Assembly: GCA_937625935.1 (NCBI GenBank)
Contig: OW569369.1
Location: 372,001-436,000 of the forward strand
Length of the DNA stretch: 64,000 bases
Origin: Tetramitus jugosus
Taxonomy: Eukaryota; Protista; Heterolobosea
Direction: 5' to 3'
Part shown: piece by piece, positions 57,980 through 64,000 of the stretch
Numbering within the stretch: position 1 is the stretch's first letter
How the letters are laid out: each line of letters opens with the position of its first letter
Notes under the pieces: generated by a model
Told to the model about the DNA's origin: nothing
What the model saw: only the letters and a program-made list of their open reading frames with translations
Database searches by the model: none
Made by a program: the position numbers and the translations under genes

Positions 57980-60178
57980 ATGAGTTCCATGACAGAATCA
58001 CCACCACTACCACCTCCTCTAGCACAAAATACTTCCATGAGCGCTAACCAATCAATGCCACCATTGGCACAACAAGAACAAGGAGCAACAACAACAACAA
58101 TAGCACCTCAAGAAGCAACAAAACCAACTGCTGCCATTGTAATCATATCAGAGTCAGATAATGAGAATGAGAATGATGATAGCAGTAGTCACATCAGTAT
58201 GACTCAAACATCAGACTCTTCTCCTTCTTCATCTCCTGCACCACACGACGAGCAAGCTCCTTCACCCTCTTCCTGTACATCTCAATCTCATCATGAACAT
58301 GGTGTGACGATAAGTCGCATAAGCAACCACAAGACTGAGCCTTCAGCGTGCTTTGAGTGCAGAAGAGTTCACAAAAAGTGTGACAAACAGAGACCATGTT
58401 CCCGTTGTATTAAACAGGGCTGTAGCTGTGTTGATATGCCAGTTTCCAAGAGAGGAAGACCAAGGAAAAAGCTTACTTGTATGCCTGGTTTGTCTCTCGA
58501 TGGTGCTTGTCAACTACAACAACAACAAGGAATGCCATTAATGTCCATTGGCAACACACATGAGCAGCAACAACAGCCATTGTTGTACAAGAGCCACACA
58601 ACGAATAGCACCACCAGCAGGAGAAACCAATTCTCGACGACAGCAGCCCATGTCTCCACCTCCACAAGTCATAATAGCTCCTCGACGACGATATCATCGT
58701 CTTCCAATGCAGTTCGCTCAAACAACAACAATAACCATAGCAACTGCTCCCATCACTTTAATAACTACGACAGTCACTCGTGTCAAAGCTCAAGCCAACA
58801 ACATTACCAGCACAATAACAGCACGACTGTGAACCATAGGGCAAACCATCAAGTGAACTACAGTCAAGGTGAGAGCTCTTCTTCCTATGCACCACATGGT
58901 CAACAGTACCAACCAACTGCACACTATGTGAGCCACAACAACTCGGATTATCAAGCACAACCACAACAACAACAAGTGTACAATAACGGCTCTCCATTCA
59001 AGGCAAGTCCAATCAATCAACCCTTTATTGGCAACAACAGCCAATCTTATGTGCCTTCCCCCATGGCAATCCGTAAGAGAAAGATGGAAGGAGAATTCTT
59101 CCATGAACAACATTCTCCTTCCAAGAGAATGAAGGAAGAACACCACGTTAGAACGACGTGGAATCAAGATGCTCATAACAGTTATGGCTCAATGAACAAC
59201 CAACAACCCCCTAGTTATCAACACTATCAACAGCAGCAGAGTCAAACTAACGGTCAAAAACAGAGTGCATCCTTTGCTCATCCTGCCTCCTCCTATTTCA
59301 AGCCAGTTGTCTCTACTGTTTCTGGATATCCACAAGAGCAACAACAGCAACAACTACAATCACAACCACATTCTTCATACAACTATCATCAACAGAGCTA
59401 CCATCATGGCACCCATCGATTAACTCATGATAGTCCAAGTATGGATAGAAAGCAAAGTCCTCACTTCCCACAACATTCAAGTCCAGTTCTCTCTCCATCC
59501 ATGCCTCATAGTTATTCTCATTATCAATCATCCTCTCAAGGCTCAAACTCCAACAGTAACAACAACAGTAACACGAGGGTGAGATACCACAGTCAGAATG
59601 TAGATGGATTCAGAGTGCCCTATGGTTCCTCCAATAACAATACATCAAGTTACTCCAATGGACAATTCCATTCTCAGATTGAGTCTAGTCCAGTCTCTGA
59701 GAGGAGTAGCTCTACGTTCTTTTCAACTGGAGCTCCAGCTTCTCCCTATACTCCACATCCAAATTCGTTGCAGCGTCCTGTTGTTTACGAATACCAGACA
59801 CAACATCAAACAAAGACATCATATCCACAAATCAAGAACGAAGTAGTCAGATATCCGTCATCCAGCAATGGCCCATCGCCGGTGACTCAACCAATGACCA
59901 ATAGCTATCCCCAGCATTATGTACAGGAGACGCCAGTCTCGCAATCGATCAGAGAAACAAACTCCTATGTCCACCCCAGCTCGAGTCAATCTCAATTCAA
60001 GGAGTTTGGATCAAGTCCTAGCACATTCTCTTATCCAATGGCGAGCCCAAAGTTGCACGGCGTCAAACCTGAACCAGTGTGGACGCTCTCTCCTTATCCG
60101 TCAGATAATTGTTTGCCAAAGGTTGAGCAGCAGACCGTTCTCCCACCTGTCAGTACGTTGCTTGCATATCATAAGTAA
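57980..60178 (+). CDS. Zn(II)2Cys6 binuclear-cluster transcription factor with AT-hook
   Basis: ACFECRRVHKKCDKQRPCSRCIKQGCSC followed by KRGRPRK; Q/S/N-rich tail ending LPPVSTLL. Confidence 0.9.
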   Translation: MSSMTESPPLPPPLAQNTSMSANQSMPPLAQQEQGATTTTIAPQEATKPTAAIVIISESDNENENDDSSSHISMTQTSDSSPSSSPAPHDEQAPSPSSCTSQSHHEHGVTISRISNHKTEPSACFECRRVHKKCDKQRPCSRCIKQGCSCVDMPVSKRGRPRKKLTCMPGLSLDGACQLQQQQGMPLMSIGNTHEQQQQPLLYKSHTTNSTTSRRNQFSTTAAHVSTSTSHNSSSTTISSSSNAVRSNNNNNHSNCSHHFNNYDSHSCQSSSQQHYQHNNSTTVNHRANHQVNYSQGESSSSYAPHGQQYQPTAHYVSHNNSDYQAQPQQQQVYNNGSPFKASPINQPFIGNNSQSYVPSPMAIRKRKMEGEFFHEQHSPSKRMKEEHHVRTTWNQDAHNSYGSMNNQQPPSYQHYQQQQSQTNGQKQSASFAHPASSYFKPVVSTVSGYPQEQQQQQLQSQPHSSYNYHQQSYHHGTHRLTHDSPSMDRKQSPHFPQHSSPVLSPSMPHSYSHYQSSSQGSNSNSNNNSNTRVRYHSQNVDGFRVPYGSSNNNTSSYSNGQFHSQIESSPVSERSSSTFFSTGAPASPYTPHPNSLQRPVVYEYQTQHQTKTSYPQIKNEVVRYPSSSNGPSPVTQPMTNSYPQHYVQETPVSQSIRETNSYVHPSSSQSQFKEFGSSPSTFSYPMASPKLHGVKPEPVWTLSPYPSDNCLPKVEQQTVLPPVSTLLAYHK

Positions 60179-60404
60179 AAATATTCGTTTTTACAATTCC
60201 GTCAACGTCTTTTTGTTTTTTGGGATCTCGGATCAACCGCGTTATTTTTTCACACAGACAGCGCGGAGTTTCTTGAACTCACTGATCTATCATATCTATG
60301 TTGGGTTACATCAAATAAGAGGTGGATGGTGCTCTGTTTAGAAACATCTAGATCGATCTCACTGATCCACAAAGTGACACCAAAAAGAAAGAGTAACAGC
60401 TACC

Positions 60405-61814
60405 ATGACGACATCCCATTCCGCTCAATCCCTCCCATCCATTGCGTTTGAACCAGTTATTGCTCAACCAACGTTAATTTCGCATGACGCTCCATTGATG
60501 AAATCCATCTTTGCATTCGATCCAAAAATTGAACGATTCCATAGTTCAACGATTGACTCCACCAGTTATCTCCAAAAGAAGAAGACTTATGATGAATTAA
60601 TCTACCAGGGAGTGTTCATTCAATATGAGCACCGCTATGAACAAAGTGTTCAGTTGCTCACTGAAGCAATTGAACTGATGCCAAACGAGCCTGAAGCATA
60701 CCTCCGAAGAGCTCTCACCTACTACTCGTTGGGCAAGTCTCTCATCCATCGAAGCCTCCTTGATGTACAGAAAGGTCTGTATGTACTCGCGGCTCAAGTA
60801 GTCGACAATCATGACAAATTCTCCAACTTGGAGTGGAAAACTCAACTGTTTACCATGAAAGGTTTGTTGTGTGAACTGCAGCAGGATGTCGACAGTTCAA
60901 AGGAACTCTATCAAGAAGTAGTACGATTAAACCCGAAGCACTACTTTGCTCATTTTTCTCTTGGATTTTCTTCTGACATGGAATCAAACTACAAAGAGGC
61001 TATCGAACATTATAAAACAAGTGTCAATTGTGATCCAAAGTACTCTCCGTGCATCATTTACAACAACATTGGACGATGTTACGAGCTGTTAGTCAAGGAA
61101 AAGAAGGATAAAGAAGATAGTTCCAACACGAGAAGTGATACCGGTGATGGAACGGTCACTTCAGGTGATGCTGACATTGTGTTGGGCGATCCTCCACAAC
61201 CCATTGACAGCGAATCATCGGCAACGCAAGGATCAACAGAAGAAGATATCTCCCTGGAAACAGCTCTCAAGTACTATTCAAAGGCTATTGATTCGTACGG
61301 ATATTGCTTCACTGCCAGACAAAACAGAGCGAAATTGTACATCAATATGAAGAAGTACGAGGAAGCAGAGAAAGACCTTAGATGCATTTTAGATCGATCT
61401 CCTTGGCACTACATTGCAATGACAAGATTGGCAGAGTTGTACTTTTTCAATTTGAACAAACAACCAGAATCAATTGATATGTTTAAACGCATTCAACAGA
61501 TCCACTGCACAAAAAGTTTTGCCTTCCGTATTCATGCATCATACGAACATATCATTCAAAAGAACATTGATGCATCATTCGAGATATTAGACTATGCCAT
61601 TGACCGAATGCTGAGCTCTGATCAAGTTCACTCATTGATGAAAGTGAAGAGTCAGTTGTTGCGGAAAATGGACAAGAGTGAAGAAGCTGAAAGAATCAGT
61701 TTTGAAGCTGCTAACTGGCCAGAGACGAGATATGGATTGAATATGAAGAGGAAAATGTTGAATCAATCTTTCCAAGGTCGATTTGTTGATTTAACTGTTG
61801 TGACAGTCGAATAG
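60405..61814 (+). CDS. TPR-repeat protein
   Basis: AIELMP..PEAYLRRA, YNNIGRCY, ALKYYSKAID, NRAKLY...YEEAEKD. Confidence 0.85.
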   Translation: MTTSHSAQSLPSIAFEPVIAQPTLISHDAPLMKSIFAFDPKIERFHSSTIDSTSYLQKKKTYDELIYQGVFIQYEHRYEQSVQLLTEAIELMPNEPEAYLRRALTYYSLGKSLIHRSLLDVQKGLYVLAAQVVDNHDKFSNLEWKTQLFTMKGLLCELQQDVDSSKELYQEVVRLNPKHYFAHFSLGFSSDMESNYKEAIEHYKTSVNCDPKYSPCIIYNNIGRCYELLVKEKKDKEDSSNTRSDTGDGTVTSGDADIVLGDPPQPIDSESSATQGSTEEDISLETALKYYSKAIDSYGYCFTARQNRAKLYINMKKYEEAEKDLRCILDRSPWHYIAMTRLAELYFFNLNKQPESIDMFKRIQQIHCTKSFAFRIHASYEHIIQKNIDASFEILDYAIDRMLSSDQVHSLMKVKSQLLRKMDKSEEAERISFEAANWPETRYGLNMKRKMLNQSFQGRFVDLTVVTVE

Positions 61815-61906
61815 AGATTTGTGCTGTAAAGGGAGAACAGGAAACGTTCAACTGTCGTACTGAACAAAAACAAAATATTTCTTTGGTAGAAAACAGACTT
61901 TGAATC

Positions 61907-62672
61907 ATGAACACCGATATAGAGATCAGAAAAGCTCTTGACTACCTCGGAAAACACAAGATTAAACAAATTTATAGTAAATTGTTGACGGAAGCAACAT
62001 TGTTCAGACCTAAAGATCCTATTCCCTTCTTCATTGATCGGTTGAAGCACTATGCTCTGATTTCTGATGATTCCTTTGAAGATACCACACATTCCCTGTA
62101 TCAATTTCCCAGAGTGTACGTCATAATATGTCGCGAGTCAAACCTAACGTCCGTGGTGCGAGCCTTCTCCATGAATCACAATTTCGAGCTGTTGGAAGCA
62201 AGCACCGAACAGAACAGAGAAGATCTGGTGGATCAATTTGATCACTACATCAAGAAATGCATGCGAGACACTGTAAATGAAACGTTTTTAGCTCTCAACA
62301 GTCTAAGCAACATGAATGACCTGACGAGATTCGAAAGAACAGTTCACGTATGTAACACACACTGACATTTTATTTTCAAGTTATAGAAAGCTCATTCGCT
62401 CTCTCACCATCAACTTTAATTGAACTGTATGTGTACAACAGGAGATGGTTTCTTGCATTCACATTCAATGTGTGGATAGTGAACACCAAGAACAAAACAA
62501 CAATGAAATTGACTTGCACACAAACAGTGTGTTGACATACTTTGCAGCTCAGAACAAGCTCTGCACCATCAAAGTTCATCTCAACAGTCAAAAAGATGCC
62601 AGCTCTACTCCTAAGAGAGAGAATGATGGAGATGACTTGTATCAAGCTCTACAACAGATCATTTCACAATAA
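61907..62672 (+). CDS. Dpy-30/RIIa dimerisation-domain protein; exons 61907-62347, 62442-62672
   Basis: YLGKHKI..IYSKLL.....RPKDPIPFFIDRL; phase-0 GTATGT...CAG intron. Confidence 0.7.
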
Positions 62673-62775
62673 GCATCACACAGCACAGACAACACAATAC
62701 CATAAGCTTATTCACTCAGCAGTTGTACAAAAAGCTTTCGAACACGAACAATAAAAACACAAAAAATTGATGCAT

Positions 62776-63216
62776 TCATTCGTGGTGTTGGTGTTGGTGT
62801 TGGTGATGAGAACAAGATGGATCATGTCCTTCACCACTATGATCATGATCATGGTGGTGATGACCCTTGCCCTTCTTCCTGTAGTGCTTCTTTTTATCAT
62901 TTTCTCCGTCATCATCGGAATCGGAGTCACTCTCCGAATCCGATTCTCCGAACGCTCGTTTCTTGTGAAAGATGCAGCACTTTTTGGATGTTTTTTGAGT
63001 GGGTCGACTATCTTTCACGTCTTCTGACCATTTCACACGACGATTGGCATCATTTTCTGTCTCTGTGTTGTTTGAAGTGATTGATCTCTCTGATTGGAGA
63101 CGAATGGTGAGAATGGGAGTGTCTGATGATGATGGTGATGTTGTTGTCGTCGTTGTAGTAGTTGTAGTTGTGTTTGCGTTGATGGAGGGTAATGCAGTTG
63201 TTGGTGTCGTTGGCAT
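62776..63216 (-). CDS. YPI1: Protein phosphatase 1 inhibitor-3 (PPP1R11/Ypi1)
   Basis: RVxW motif (RRVKWSEDVKD), SKKCCIFHK, FGESDSESD; His-rich tail. Confidence 0.88.
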   Translation of the reverse strand: MPTTPTTALPSINANTTTTTTTTTTTSPSSSDTPILTIRLQSERSITSNNTETENDANRRVKWSEDVKDSRPTQKTSKKCCIFHKKRAFGESDSESDSDSDDDGENDKKKHYRKKGKGHHHHDHDHSGEGHDPSCSHHQHQHQHHE

Positions 63217-63397
63217 TGTTGTTGTTAGCTTTGCTTGGCTTGGTTTTTTTTGTGTGCGTTGGGTATCTGACGAGTTTTACACGCACGTGGCCTTGTATTC
63301 AGTTGAAGTTGACCGGTTCAATATATTGAGGAGTTATGAGTCTAACTTTGAGTGAATTTTGGTATTTTGGACAAGGATACTGCAAGACTATCTTGGT

Positions 63398-64000
63398 TCA
63401 TAATGTGAGAGTTATTGAATGAGTGTCACAATGTTGGACAACCTTCTCGCGGAAACTATTGTCTCGCTGATTATTGCACCAAGAGAGGCGGCGAAGATTC
63501 TTCATGTACGATAATGCCTTCTCTGTGATTGACTCTTGGTTGCAGCTGTTCATAAATAGTGTGTGTAAATTCGGCAAATGAGCAAAAGCTTCGTCTGTGA
63601 GTTGAGTGCAACTACCAATGTTGAGTGTGTGAACGCTCGTCACATGACGGAGTGCTTCATCTGTAATCTGATTACAACAGGCCATATATAATGTATGAAT
63701 TCCACTCAAATGAACAAATGCATTGTCCGTAATTTGACTGCAATAGGACATATTGAGTGTATGAATTCCACTCAAATGAGAGAATGCATGGTCAGTGATT
63801 TGTTTGCAACCGAGAATAGAGAGCGTTTGAATTCCAGTCAAATGAGGAAACACATTATCTGTGATTTGAGTACAATTCATCATCTCGAGTGTATTAATTC
63901 CTGCCAAATGAGTGAATGCACTGTCAGTGATTTGATCACAATTACTCATACAGAGTGTGTGAATACCAGTCAAATGAGCAAATGCATTGTTTGTAATGGC
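63398..64000 (-). CDS. Cysteine-containing LRR (AMN1/FBXL-type) protein, 5' end outside the window
   Basis: 25-aa tandem units GIHTLxMxxCxQITDxAFxHL (75-bp DNA repeat). Confidence 0.88.
   Translation of the reverse strand, partial: AITNNAFAHLTGIHTLCMSNCDQITDSAFTHLAGINTLEMMNCTQITDNVFPHLTGIQTLSILGCKQITDHAFSHLSGIHTLNMSYCSQITDNAFVHLSGIHTLYMACCNQITDEALRHVTSVHTLNIGSCTQLTDEAFAHLPNLHTLFMNSCNQESITEKALSYMKNLRRLSWCNNQRDNSFREKVVQHCDTHSITLTL

Overview
Gene-dense genomic DNA of a microbial eukaryote: standard code, short GT-AG introns and (CAA)n/A-rich 5' leaders. Axonemal dynein together with SCAR/WAVE, a Zn2Cys6 factor and DUF4116 repeats suggests an amoeboflagellate such as a heterolobosean (inference only). 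About 20 ordinary host genes are present: O-fucosyltransferase, ATM1/HMT1-type ABC half-transporter, CLU1, DUF2415 WD40, rhodanese, mid-SUN protein, SCOC-like, SCAR/WAVE, outer-arm dynein heavy chain, PP2C, ARM-RhoGEF, metallophosphoesterase, Mpv17, Zn2Cys6 TF, TPR, Dpy-30/RIIa-like, YPI1 and an LRR protein. Two accessory regions stand out. The first (1-1.8 kb) holds a decayed CACTA/EnSpm transposase. The second is a ~9.9 kb island (16.77-26.64 kb) bracketed by two copies of the 5' ~760 bp of the SUN gene. Most of the island is a patchwork of decayed fragments (piggyBac, Transib/RAG1-like, PIF/Harbinger, DUF4116). It ends in two intact, intronless genes whose stop codons abut with zero spacer. 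One is a prokaryotic UG/Abi (AbiK/DRT4-like) antiphage-type reverse transcriptase with its catalytic aspartates replaced. The other is a catalytically intact protein kinase with an unusual N-terminal helical module. This pseudo-RT/kinase pair is the best candidate for an undescribed system. All family assignments come from motif recognition by eye; no searches were run.
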